DNA of 63,568 nt, the filler included, from Trichomonas gallinae (Eukaryota), in the NCBI GenBank assembly GCA_008369845.1. It is 10 parts of 10 records of this genome, joined end to end, with 100 filler letters (N's around TTAATTAATTAA, not from the genome) between each part and the next. Parts side by side here need not be neighbours in the genome. Positions count along the whole stretch, not along the records: positions 26,040 to 33,743 come from MRSU01000010.1; positions 33,844 to 51,049 come from MRSU01000011.1; 8 more parts are not named here. One strand, 5' to 3'. The notes under the pieces were generated by a model, which saw nothing but the letters and a program-made list of their open reading frames with translations, did no database searches and was not told the origin of the DNA. Positions 29,498 through 41,400 of the stretch are shown in pieces (the stretch's first letter is position 1; each line of letters opens with the position of its first letter). The translations under genes and the position numbers were made by a program.

Positions 29498-32400
29498 TCA
29501 GATCGATAGGAAGTCGAAGATTGTCGGTGGGATAAATGTGTCAACCATTCTTCTTGGCGTGTTCGTCAAGTTCTCGTAGTCCTTGATGAAGATCATGAGG
29601 TACTTAAGAGACCTTGGGATCTCGACGCCGCTTGTGTACTCGAGCTTTCCGATTGTCTTGGCCTGGGCGAGGAGGATGTTTGCGTATTGGCCGATGAAAG
29701 TCAAGTATGCGTACTGGTGGTTGACGTTGAGTTGCCTGAGGATTGTGATGATGCCGACGATGAACTCGAAGTGGGCGTAGATCTGTGGCCTGTAGAGCAT
29801 GTGAAGCCTGTCGAGCTCCATGAGCTTGACGTTGTTGAGGTTCAAAAGTGTCAACGCAAGGATGACCAATGAAATTTCTGGCAATGGCTTCGACATTGTG
29901 TAGATCTTTTCGAGTGGTCTGCACATGCCGCAGTTCTCGAGATAAGTAGACAAAGCTGCAATGAGGTTAGATGATGGGTATGGGTTGTGTGTTGGGTCTC
30001 TGTAGAACTGCTTGATGGCCTGGAGAACTGTTGTGTTCGTGTTGTCGAGCATGAAGTTAAGTGACTCAGCCTCGAGCTTGCACTTCAGTTCCATGTGTGC
30101 ATCAATTGTCATCTTAAGGAGCTGAAGCTGGCCAATCGAGCAGATGAGGATTGTCCACTCATGGGAAAGTGGCTTAACCTTGACGAGGAGGTCGTTGAAA
30201 ACATCAATCGACTCTGGTGGTGATGGCCACATGTCGAGGAGTTTGTTGAGCAAGCCGTTGTAGTTGCCGAAGCTGCCGCGCTCGAATCTCTCGAAGAACT
30301 GTCTGAGCTGTCTTGCGAGAGTGAATGAGAGAAGAAGGTCGATGGATGATGTGCCTTCAATTCCGATGGCATTGCAGAGTCTGTCGATTGTCTTCGTGCC
30401 AAGGACTTCCTCACCTGTCTGTGGGTTGAGCCATCCGCCTGTGATTCCGCAGTAGACGGAGTTTGTCTGGCGAGTTAAGTCGATGAGAGCGAATGCGAGC
30501 GAGCCGATGCATGTTGCGAATCTGCCCTCCATCTTAGGGATGTTGATTGGGGCAACCTTGGACTGGTATTCTGACTGCCAGCCGAGAATCTTCTTCTTGA
30601 CGAACTTGTTGGACTCTTGTTCGACTAAGAAGCACATGATTCTGGAGTATTCGTGGTGCCAGATTCTGAGACCATCAATATTGACGTAGTCACCCATATA
30701 TTCGAATGAGTGCCGGATGCCATCGATGGCTTTGCCGACTGAATCAATAATTTGGTTGAATCTTTCTGGAGTGATCTGCTCCTGCTTCTTCGAGGTAGAA
30801 ACGAGCTGCTGGTAGAGAACATGGATGATCTTCTTGACGAGCTGCTTCCTGATACCTTCTTCGAGCATTTGCTTGGGATCGACTGTGATGACACCCATCA
30901 ATGTTGTCTTCATGGCGAGGACACCAGATGTGAGAATGGAAATCTCCTTTGTGAGGTGGGCGAGCTTAGCTCTCTCTTCGAGTTGTGCGTATTGCTTAAG
31001 CTGAGCACGTTCGATTCTATTTGGCAATTCTTTGAGAACGTTTGTTCTAAGCTGGATGATCTGGTCGAGGACGCCGAAGATGGAGATTGGAACGATTTCC
31101 AAAACATCTCTAACGAACTGGACAATGATATTTGAATAATGTTCGGAAACACTTTCGACATCCTTGGATTCTGACTGGACAATACGGACGAGCTGGAGAT
31201 CGAGGATTGATGTCATCTTAAGGAATGTAGCGCGAAGTTTAAGGACGGAGAATGGATCTTTCTTGATGCGCTTCTGCATTAGTGGGATGAAATTGCGGAC
31301 AAGTCCGAAACCGTATGAGAAGTCGCACAATGTTCCGATCAATGGAACATACTTTTCGTCGACATGCAATAATCTTGCCATTGTCTTAAGGCATGTAATT
31401 ACCTTGGCGACGGACTCCTTGATGAAGATTGAGTTGCTGATCTGGTGGAAAGGAAGGATAGACTCCAAAGCAGATGTAAGTTGGTAAATCTTCTGAACAT
31501 TGCCGACGCTGCTGTCAATTTCGAGGATGTTGACTTCGCCGGACATGTTGTTGAACCATTGCTGGAGCTTTTCATCCTTTTGGAGAGAATCTAAGGCTAA
31601 TGTTCCAGAGAAAGAAAGGGCAAGCTGCTTAAGGATCTGGACAGCGTTGTTCTTTGTGTCGTTCCAAATCTCTGGCTTTGTGTTGAGGGCGTTTTCGACG
31701 GCATTCTTTAATTCGAATTCGAATTCACCGAGATCGAGAAGGAACGCGAGCAGTGGATCTCTTGGGTATGGATATTGGACCTTCTTTCCTGGTTCCTGTG
31801 TGTGAAGGAGCAAGAACTTGATGCAAACGTTTGCATCTCTCAAGAGCTTGATGAAATCGTTAATTCCATCAAGGAGCTGCTCAATCTTTGTGAAACCATC
31901 AGACAAAACTTGCTTAATCTTGTTGTGAATTGGTTTTGACAATTCTGTGTATCTCTGAGCGTATCTTTGGCTGTTTTGCTTGATTGTATTTTGAATGGCA
32001 ATGTTAGCGGCCTTGAAGTCCTTCCAGATGACTGAAAGATCGACAACGTCGCCCATGAAATACGGAATAATCCAATTGTCGAAGAAGAATTTGTCGACGA
32101 TTTCACGCATGATGAAGTTCTCATCGGCCAGTGTTTTTGGCGAGAAGAATAAGAATATGAACAGCATTGATGCCTGCTGCGACAAAGCGACGGATCTGTG
32201 CTCTGCCTCTGGGTAGTTCTGCAACATGAGGTAAACATCGTCATTACGATACCTTCCAATTAAAACGTTGACGAAGTTAACAGGAATTTCTAATCTATTG
32301 ACAAATTCGAGCGGATAACCCATTGGATAAGGCTGGCCAACGACGTAACCGCTAGATCTGCAGACTTCGCAGACCTTGGAGTAGTTAAGAAGCATAGAAG

Positions 32401-32920
32401 AGCCCCTCCATCTGTTGAATGCTACAAGAAGCCTTTCTCTGACAAGGCCTGGGATATGGTAGTCGAGCTGGAGAAGCATGACACCATAGTAATAAAGCGC
32501 TTCACCGAGAAGCTGCTTTCCTTGAGTTTCGTTTAACAATGACTCGACTGTAATTTGGAGGAAGACGTGCTGATCCAATTGCTCGAGGAAATGGAGGAAA
32601 TCGAGCGCATAGCGGACGATGGACTCGAAAAGGCGGCAAAAACGTGTAACAATTTCGATATGAGTTTCACGACATTCTTCATTTAATTCGTATAATTCAC
32701 GATTGTTTTCTATTTCGTTTTCTATTTCAGTTTCGTGACCAAAATACGAGTAGTCGTAAAGGATTCTCGCGTATGGATGATTTATTTGAGTTTTTGGGAA
32801 AGTAAAATCCTCAGGAATGTACTGACTGAGTCTCTGTATTTCCGCAATGATAGAGCTACCTCTAGATACAAGAGTAACAAGCGACCAACCGCACGGGTTA
32901 TTTCGAGAAACGAGCTCCAT
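29498..32920 (-). CDS. WASHC5: Strumpellin / WASH complex subunit 5
   Basis: MELVSRNNPCGWSLVTLVSRGSSIIAEIQRLS, EALYYYGVMLL, RERLLVA, YPEAEHRSVALSQQASML, MREIVDKFFFDNW, LKLRATFLK, VDPKQMLEEGIRKQLV. The start is placed at M47 of the track ORF by family alignment. Confidence 0.96.
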   Translation of the reverse strand: MELVSRNNPCGWSLVTLVSRGSSIIAEIQRLSQYIPEDFTFPKTQINHPYARILYDYSYFGHETEIENEIENNRELYELNEECRETHIEIVTRFCRLFESIVRYALDFLHFLEQLDQHVFLQITVESLLNETQGKQLLGEALYYYGVMLLQLDYHIPGLVRERLLVAFNRWRGSSMLLNYSKVCEVCRSSGYVVGQPYPMGYPLEFVNRLEIPVNFVNVLIGRYRNDDVYLMLQNYPEAEHRSVALSQQASMLFIFLFFSPKTLADENFIMREIVDKFFFDNWIIPYFMGDVVDLSVIWKDFKAANIAIQNTIKQNSQRYAQRYTELSKPIHNKIKQVLSDGFTKIEQLLDGINDFIKLLRDANVCIKFLLLHTQEPGKKVQYPYPRDPLLAFLLDLGEFEFELKNAVENALNTKPEIWNDTKNNAVQILKQLALSFSGTLALDSLQKDEKLQQWFNNMSGEVNILEIDSSVGNVQKIYQLTSALESILPFHQISNSIFIKESVAKVITCLKTMARLLHVDEKYVPLIGTLCDFSYGFGLVRNFIPLMQKRIKKDPFSVLKLRATFLKMTSILDLQLVRIVQSESKDVESVSEHYSNIIVQFVRDVLEIVPISIFGVLDQIIQLRTNVLKELPNRIERAQLKQYAQLEERAKLAHLTKEISILTSGVLAMKTTLMGVITVDPKQMLEEGIRKQLVKKIIHVLYQQLVSTSKKQEQITPERFNQIIDSVGKAIDGIRHSFEYMGDYVNIDGLRIWHHEYSRIMCFLVEQESNKFVKKKILGWQSEYQSKVAPINIPKMEGRFATCIGSLAFALIDLTRQTNSVYCGITGGWLNPQTGEEVLGTKTIDRLCNAIGIEGTSSIDLLLSFTLARQLRQFFERFERGSFGNYNGLLNKLLDMWPSPPESIDVFNDLLVKVKPLSHEWTILICSIGQLQLLKMTIDAHMELKCKLEAESLNFMLDNTNTTVLQAIKQFYRDPTHNPYPSSNLIAALSTYLENCGMCRPLEKIYTMSKPLPEISLVILALTLLNLNNVKLMELDRLHMLYRPQIYAHFEFIVGIITILRQLNVNHQYAYLTFIGQYANILLAQAKTIGKLEYTSGVEIPRSLKYLMIFIKDYENLTNTPRRMVDTFIPPTIFDFLSI

Positions 32921-33665
32921 TATTGTATTAGAAATCGAGCGGTTTGTCAGAAAGATGACCTGCAAGTCACGTTTTTTAATCATTTCTTTCCACTTTTTCT
33001 CGTCATCCTTTGCGTTTATGAACAAAATAACTAATAAAAATATCAGATTTAGGTACATATATTACATATATTTACGAATATTTCATTTTAATCCGACATT
33101 TTCTGATGATTCAAATATGATTTTCATTGTTGGGACTGATTGTATATGGATATGAGCTACATAAGGCTACTATTATTGATTGCAATATATTACATATGCT
33201 AGATATGATTTTTTATTGGATAATCTTAATTTCGACAGTCATAAAACATGATTTTGAGACTTACGAATTTTACCAATCTATTTATCTACTCCTAAATAGA
33301 TCATATATAGATTCTAAAATGTTTTGTTTTGAAAAATTAAAATCATGAATATATTTGATTAGCGACAAAATTAATAATTTCATAGTTGGTTATATCTATA
33401 AAGAGATAATTTAATTATCTCAAAGTCAAATAATGTTTAGAATCAATTTCAATCTTTGAATCCAACATCAAAAATATGTAAATCATGTAAATGATTAGTT
33501 TATTGCATATACATGTATATTTCATCATTCAAATGAAGAAATGATTTTTCACTTTTTTTAAAATACTAAAAACACAAAAACAAATCCAAAATATTATTTA
33601 TCATCTTGTTTACAGCAATAATTTTTAATCCAAAAACGATTTTACCCATATCAAATTTTAATCTC

Positions 33666-33741
33666 AATAGAAGTGTTTCAACTCGCTTTCTGGCTTTGTA
33701 ATAGGATTTGAGATCTCAAAGTTATAAAGTATCATTTTTAT
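33666..33741 (-). repeat. 76-bp copy of the 5' end of the gene at 55773-56234
   Basis: 74/76 identical to 56165-56240. It reads MILYNFEISNPITKPESELKHFY and then hits TGA. Confidence 0.9.
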
Positions 33742-33743
33742 GT

Positions 33744-33843
33744 NNNNNNNNNNNNNNNNNNNNNNNNNNNNNNNNNNNNNNNNNNNNTTAATTAATTAAN
33801 NNNNNNNNNNNNNNNNNNNNNNNNNNNNNNNNNNNNNNNNNNN
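33744..33843. other. Artificial contig linker
   Basis: N44-TTAATTAATTAA-N44. Confidence 0.99.
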
Positions 33844-33845
33844 TT

Positions 33846-33880
<35 letters not shown>

Positions 33881-33943
33881 TAAATACTTGTTTGTTATAA
33901 TGTTATAAAGATTTATTCAATATATTATCTCTGATAAAATTGT

Positions 33944-34683
33944 TTAATTTATACCGTTGACATCTATTCCAGGAACTGTGAGAAGGAGCTTGACAACTTC
34001 ATGACGACCTTTTTCTGAAGCTTTAATCAAAGCTGTATTATTGTTTTTTTTTTTTTTGCATTGACATCTATTCCAGGATATACGAGAAGGAGTTTGACAA
34101 CTTCAATATCACCGTCCCATTAAGCAAATATCAAAGGTGTTTCTTTCAATTTGTTTTTTTCGTGTTGACATCTATTCCAGGTACTGGAAAATGAGCTTTT
34201 CAACATCAAGATATTTGTTTAAATTGCACATTCCAAAATCTGATGAACATCAATTGTTGGCATTTTGAGAAACAATCTTATTGAATCGGAATCATTGGGT
34301 ATGGAAGAGCTGCAAAATTCATTTCTATAATTGCAGCTTCTTCTAAATTCCATGATGAAATGAACAAGCTGAAAATTGTGTTTGCTGACTGAATATTCAA
34401 AGATGTTTCGATACCTTGAGTCGAGAGCATCGAAAAATCCTTCTTTCGCAGTAAAACTCAAAGCATCAAAGTAATTTTCTTTTGCTATGCGATTTAAAAT
34501 GCTATAGACTTCATCAAACGCAGAAATAAACTCAAATTCATTCAGTATTTCCAATTTTTTCAGATCTTCAATGTTTTTGTTAAATGTTTTATCTCTTTTC
34601 TCTGTAGACATCGTCTGTGAATCCGTGTATGAGAGTTGTCTAGACTGATAGTCATCGAAAGCATGGTTATCGGGGGAATCCAT
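33944..34683 (-). pseudogene. Ankyrin-repeat pseudogene (VPGIDVN family)
   Basis: ORF 34219-34683 stops early. Downstream are three PGIDVN ankyrin remnants (for example TALIKASEKGRHEVVKLLLTVPGIDVN) broken by stops and homopolymer frameshifts. Confidence 0.8.
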
Positions 34684-35453
34684 GTGAAAAATTTTGAATT
34701 ATCCTGAATCATTCACAATTATTTTGATGTTTAAATTGAATGAAACAGAAGAATTTGAAGTTTGGGTGCAGATCTATAAATTAGTTCACTGCGTATAGTT
34801 TTCAAGGGTACAAATATTTGCAAACTGAGGCTCGTTCAATTGATATTGTACAACAAACATCTTGTAAAATTTTTGCAGAAAAAATGTGCTAATCATTTGA
34901 TAATAGTTATTTGCGGTGTCGTTAGTTTAGGAATTGACGACAAAATACTATCATTGATTATTCATCCTCTCATTACTTACAAGTCATACTAAACTAAATC
35001 AATTTTTAGAAACAAAGCGTTATACGACGTATTTGCTGAGGCAGATGTATTCAAGTGGATGTGTTTGCCATTATATTGCTAAATACAACCACTGACATGA
35101 TTTTTGGAATTGAAAATTTAATTTTAAGACTTTTCCTTCTTAGAGTCTTCGAGTTTTAACGAATATGTGTTTTGAAAAAAAGAAATCGCATGGAATTACT
35201 TCCAATAAACATTGAAATTATTTTCTTTTTGGGAAGGTTAATAATTAGATATCAAAATATTCATATATACATGATGTAGATACGAAATCTTGCTTATTAA
35301 AGCCATGGCTCAAATTTTGATATATTCGCAGGATATTTTTTTGATTTATTAAGAATTAGAGCGCAATGCTTTTACATATTATGCAGCACAAGGATGGAAG
35401 TCAAATAATGCAATGAAATCTTGCATTTAGTTTCAAATAAAGATAAAACAAAA

Positions 35454-38400
35454 ATGACGAATGTTAGCGACGATGTTTTAGCAATTTTCAACCTGCAACT
35501 ACCGACAGAATTCCCAGAAACTATGCCCAAAGAGCTTCTAAGTATCCTTAGATCAATAAAATTGCCGATTCTTCGCATGAATTCGTTCATTCAAATCCCG
35601 AATTCGCCAGATTTAACCGAAATGTTCAAGTTTTTGAATTTTGCATTTCCAATTATACCTACTATACTGTTGCTAATCGAAAAACAAGATCAATTCGATC
35701 AACAATCAGCTGATGCATTATCTGTAATTTTATTATACACGTATATATCTTGGCTGATGTATATTAACGAAACAGGTGACTTCCAGTATACAGATTTAAT
35801 ACTAAATTGCATCCCTGTATTATCAAATTCAAAAAATTTTAATCTTTTACGAACAGTTTTCTTTAAAATGATATCTCGATGTTTAAAAGAAACAGAAAAG
35901 GTCACATTAAATACGATTTTTCAGGCTGTTGTCGACTATTACGCGATATTAGAAATGAAAGATATCGAATATGAAAATACATTGATTTCAATACTGAATT
36001 TCGTTACATCACAGAACCATGATGATGCTCATGTGTTTATGATGTTTATAATCGAAATGTTTTCTGATGGCTACAAATTTTCAGAAGAAAGCGCGCTGAG
36101 AGTCTTTAAATCTATTATTCCGTTCGCTGTACAGCTGGATTCAGCAGGTCTGAACTTAATGCTAATATTACGCAAATCAATTCCCGAAAAAAGTTTTGTT
36201 AAAACATATAAAGATGTGATCAAGTCTACTACAAACCTAAGACATCAAATAGACAGTATTGAAGATGCCCTTTCAAATCCATCAATGCTTTTTTACACAA
36301 AAGAATTAGAACCAAAAATAAGTTTCGAATTTAGCAAAAACGAAACATTTGAAGAAACATTAACCCAAGAAAACCTTCAAGAGACCGAAATTAACATGCA
36401 AAACACAATAGTTTTACCAGAAGTCGTTGAATCTTTGCGAATTATTTCTACAATAACAAGACAAGATGATTCATACTGCGAAATACTTTTAAAACAATAC
36501 TCGCTTGCATATCAGAAGGATTTTTCGATTTTAATCACGTTAATCAACATAATTACTTATATTCCCTTAAATCCAGCTAATGTTATGATATATTTAAACC
36601 TGTTACTCAACTCGAAAATATTTCACGATTCTTATGATCCGAAATCAAATTCACAATATTATCAATTATTTTTTAGCACAGTTAAATCATTATACATATC
36701 GAATTTTAAAGGAATTTCGTACATATATTCGATGAAATGCTTGAGTTTCTTTATAACTCCAGTTTTGATTGAAGTTATGTTAAATTATTTTTCCACAATC
36801 GAGAAATCCGAGTTAAGCAGTAACAATTTTATTAACTCATTCGTGAAAAGCTCATGTTACTTTCAAGAACAGCATAAATACGCGAATAACGAAAATTTTG
36901 AATTAATTCAATCAGCTCGAAAATCAATACTAATATTCATCACAAAAGTAGCCAATGATGAGGAATTGTCTCAGATTTGGTTTTCAGATTCGAATTTTCT
37001 TCGACATCTTTTTTCTTTACTTTGCGAACAACCTGTTAAACCATTGGCCGAAAATATACTCATCACATATGCTTCAAAATCGGCTGCCAACATAACAGAA
37101 ATCTTTCCTTTAGAACTTCTATATGCTTTTGAGCAATTTTCTTTATATTTTCCCCAAGAAGAGTTTGTTAATCTAGGAATTTCTGTTATTACTATTGCTA
37201 ACACAGTTTTATCTACTGATATCACAAAATCATCAATATTTTATCAATTATGTCCAATTTTAATCGCTGCAATGAGTAGATTATCGAAGGAAGAGTTTTG
37301 TTTTCAGTTCTTCACCATTTGCATGAAGTTTCTTAACTTTAATTCAACAAAATACATCTTATCTTTTTCTGAAATTTCTATTCTCGCTGTTTTGACTCAC
37401 AGCTTCAGTGCAGAACAATATAAAATGCTTACCGAAGACTTTTATCAGGAGTTATTATATGATTCCACGTATAATACAAAATATTTTTATCAAAATGCAC
37501 AAATTTTATCATTATTATTTGAATGTTGTTCTTCATCAGACGTATATATCCGATTATTGAAGCAAATACAAGAAAACATTCAAAATTCACTTTATAATAT
37601 CAAAATTTGTTTTAATTCACAGTTTGATATATATTTGCTTGAGAAACTGCTCAAGTTCAAGTACCAAGAAAACTCTGATGCTGAGCTTATATCATTGATG
37701 CTTCAACTATTAGATTTAATTTTAACATATTTTTGTCATGAAAAAGCAGCTTCATTAGTAGCAGATCTATTATTACCACTAGCACCAAATACAATTTCTA
37801 AATACCACGAAAAGTTTGTCAACTTCTTTCTCGGATTATTATCTAATCCCAAAGGAAAGGAAAACGCTTACGCTACATTATCCAACGAGACACAAATTAT
37901 TGAGATGAACAATGCTATACACTTCAAAAGTGGCGAATTTTACAAAATAGGTGTCAACATATTTATAGAAAATCATGTTGACGTCTCTTTTAGGCTGTTT
38001 AGCTTCACAGATGGAAAGAATACAATCAACATCAATCTAAAAGGCGATAAACTGAATGCTTTGGCAATTTCTGACACAAGGGACGAATACAATTTCAAAA
38101 ATTTGATAAAAAGAGGCGAATGGACGAAGTTTTACATTTCTATCTTCATAAACAAGAAGAAATTGAACTTAACAGCTTTTATTGGCGATGCACAAGAAAC
38201 AGCCACATTCGATCATTTTGATTATATTATTGATTCTCATTCAACTTATGCTTTTCTGCCTTACGACTTTACATACAAATTCCCAATCGGGTACATATCT
38301 AAGATCACTTTTGAGACAGCTGAAGTCTACAAGCCAGTCGAAATTATTCCTCCGCAGATTGAAGTCGCGAAGTTCATTGACACTTTCTTCGGAACAGAAG

Positions 38401-41400
38401 AGAAATTGAAGCAGATATTGATGATACTTTCATACGAGAAATATTTCAATTCCAACGAAAATTTGGCAGAAAAATCAATAAGTTGGGTAGTTATCATTCT
38501 CAGCAAGATTTTTACTCTTAATCCAATTTCTCAGTGCACATTCACCAGTAAAGGATGTCCACAGCTTCTCTCAGAGATTTTAGTGAGACTAGAAAACATA
38601 ACTTACATAACATACTTGACATTATATGAACTGACGAAATCAATAGAAACGACATTAGTTGTTCCTTATCTTAAGTATGTTATTTTAAACATGGATATAT
38701 GGTGTAAATGCAAATACAAAGACATTTTGTCGATCATTATGCACTGGAACACTGTTATTTTGGTCCAGTACCAGAATTCAATGTCGCAGGCATTGACTGT
38801 TTACGATTTTGTTCACTTCGTCAAAGATAATTACGACGAAAGTGACGAAGACATTCGCGCAATAATCACGACATATATCCACGTGTTGACAAGAGTCATA
38901 TCGACGAATATTGACCAGAACCAGATCCAGTATTTGATTGGCGAATGCCAGATAACGAAAACATTCGAAGTCATCAAAACATTTGTCGCTTTCACAAAAG
39001 CAATAACAGTTTTAGTGCAAAATCCGCTAATGTCGAAATACTATCAACTACTTCACACTCAAGTTTCTTCATGCGATGAGCAGATGTTTATAGACATCAT
39101 GGACATAATATTGCATCTAAGAAAGAGAAACATGCTGACAACAAGTTTTTCGCGCCAAGTTTTGGCGATTTTGAGATTGATTCCACAAACAATCTGCACT
39201 CCAACAGTTCTTAAATATCTTGTCAATGCTGTTTCATCAGGAATTATTGAGCTAATTCCATTGTGTTGCTATGTTTGCTGCGAATGCTCTGACGCAACTT
39301 CTTTCTTGAAAGCCATTGAGAACAAAAGCGGTCTAAATGACAGCGATGACATTATTATATGGCTTTTGATATTATTTGATCATTTCGAAGATTACAGAAA
39401 ACAAATTTTCGAAACTATTTTTGACGTTTCAAAAATTTCAGTTGTTTGTTCAATAATATTCATTCTTCGTTCTCCTTTCTTATGCGAGCATTTAGCTACA
39501 GACTTTCTGAGTCTTGCCATTGATAAAATAATAGAACACTCGTCAAGCATGCAGCAGCAAACTGTCGCGATTTTATTACACTTTTCATTCGCGTCGATTC
39601 TCTTCCAGCCGAGAATATCTAAGGACATATTCATCGAAACATTGATATTTAACTCACAGTACAAATACAAGATGCCAAGAAGATCATCGTCCATGATGCT
39701 TCCTATCTACAAGATTCTCGACAAATCAATAACATCATCATTGGCTGACAAATTCGTTTTCTCGTTATCAGTGAATGAGCATGGAAAGTGGAACGACGAA
39801 GAATTCGCTCTAAAAGTCATCAAGCTTTATAGTCTGTTCCCAACAATGGATCATGCCGCATTCGATATTTGCATCTGCAGCTTTTTAGCGAAAAATCATC
39901 CAAACGAAGTAGTTGAGCATCTCAAAACTCTTCCACAGCAATTTTTAACAACAAGGGCAACATACGGAATAATTCTAAGATTGTATGAACAAAATATTGA
40001 TTTCGATTTAAGCTTCTGCGAGTCAGAATATTCACGAGAAGCAGCCTTTAGATCATTGGAAAGCATAGCTACTGATTTTCCGCTGAAAGAAATCGTCAAT
40101 GTAATTATTTCGAGAATCAAAGACAACCACAATGATGCAGAAAATGAAGAGAAGTCTATTATTGTCTCTTGCTACAAAGACATCATTGATATAACGCAGA
40201 AACTCGACAGCTCATATTCTAAAGAGAAGAATGAAGTTAAAATGCGCTGCTTGACAGAACTAAAGCAAATTTATGATACACAAAACTCAAAGATTGGAAA
40301 ACTGTCTCCGATAAAATACTACACGCGCGATTTATCATTATGCAACGGAGTTCCAATGAAATTGAAGATCAACGAAGATTACACAGACCACAAAGCTGCA
40401 TCAATGAAAAGAGATGATAGTAATGCACCAAAAGAAGAAATGAAAAATCCAAAGTTTACAGAACCAAAAAATCCAAATTTGACATTAATCACAGCTTTTG
40501 GCGAATTTCCGGCTTCTGTCATTAGAACTAAGAAATATTGGATAGTTAAGTCAGCAGTTTTGACGCAGAAAATTCCAGTGACGGATATTTTGTCTTTCGT
40601 CGAAAAAACTTATCTACACAAACACAGAGCATTCGAAGTTTATCTGAGAAACGGAAAAACTTTGTTTTTCGTTCAAGACAAAACGACTTTCATCAGCGAT
40701 TTCCCAGCCTTGCCGCCAATTCAAAGCATAACTAATCAGTGGCTGAACTATGAGATAACAACATATGAGTATTTACTGGAACTCAACAGAAGGTCATCTC
40801 GTTCTTTCAATGTTTTGAATCAGTATCCATTGATGCCTTGGGTTATTCTCGATTTCAACAGCGAAAGCTTAAATCTCAACAGCCCATCAACATTCAGAGA
40901 CTTTTCTTTACCAGCAGGAATGATCAGCCACGACAAACTCCAAAAGAACATCGCAAAAACTGGCCCATTCATTTTCAATTCAGCTCCTATGAATGAGATG
41001 ACTGTCTTACATTATTTCATCAGAGAAGAACCTTTTTCAACATTACACATTCATCTTCAGAGTGGAAAATTCGACCACGCGCCAAGACTGTTTTGTTCTA
41101 TACCAGATATTATCGAATCAAAAGATTTCGCCAGCGAATTAACTCCAGAATTTTTCTGTCATCCTGATTTCTTGATAAACAAGAACAAGTTCGATCTAGG
41201 ATTAGAGAATTCTGACGTGATTCTTCCTAAATGGGCATTGTCACCAATTCAGTTTGTTTATATCAACAGAAAGGCCCTTGAATCCGATTATGTATCCGAG
41301 AATATCAACAAATGGATAGATCTGATTTGGGGTGTCGAACAAAACAAAGGATACAACACGTACAACACTGTATTATATCAAGATCGCCCAGATGAAAACA

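Noticed and set aside
29583..32259. Many antisense and alternate-frame ORFs over strumpellin
   Set aside because: Explained by strong C-ending codon bias, which depletes stops in other frames; no recognisable products.
17928..32920. Apparent cluster of endosomal and spastic-paraplegia genes (SPG15-like, strumpellin, V-ATPase, BEACH nearby)
   Set aside because: SPG15-like, strumpellin and BEACH are on three different contigs joined by artificial linkers, so real linkage is not shown.
32921..33058. Signal-peptide-like N-terminal extension on strumpellin
   Set aside because: AT-rich upstream sequence; family alignment starts at MELVSRNN and strumpellin is cytosolic.
33847..33877. Poly(A) run as a retrocopy tail of the ankyrin pseudogene
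   Set aside because: Wrong strand (it would be poly-T in that gene's orientation) and it lies at a contig edge.
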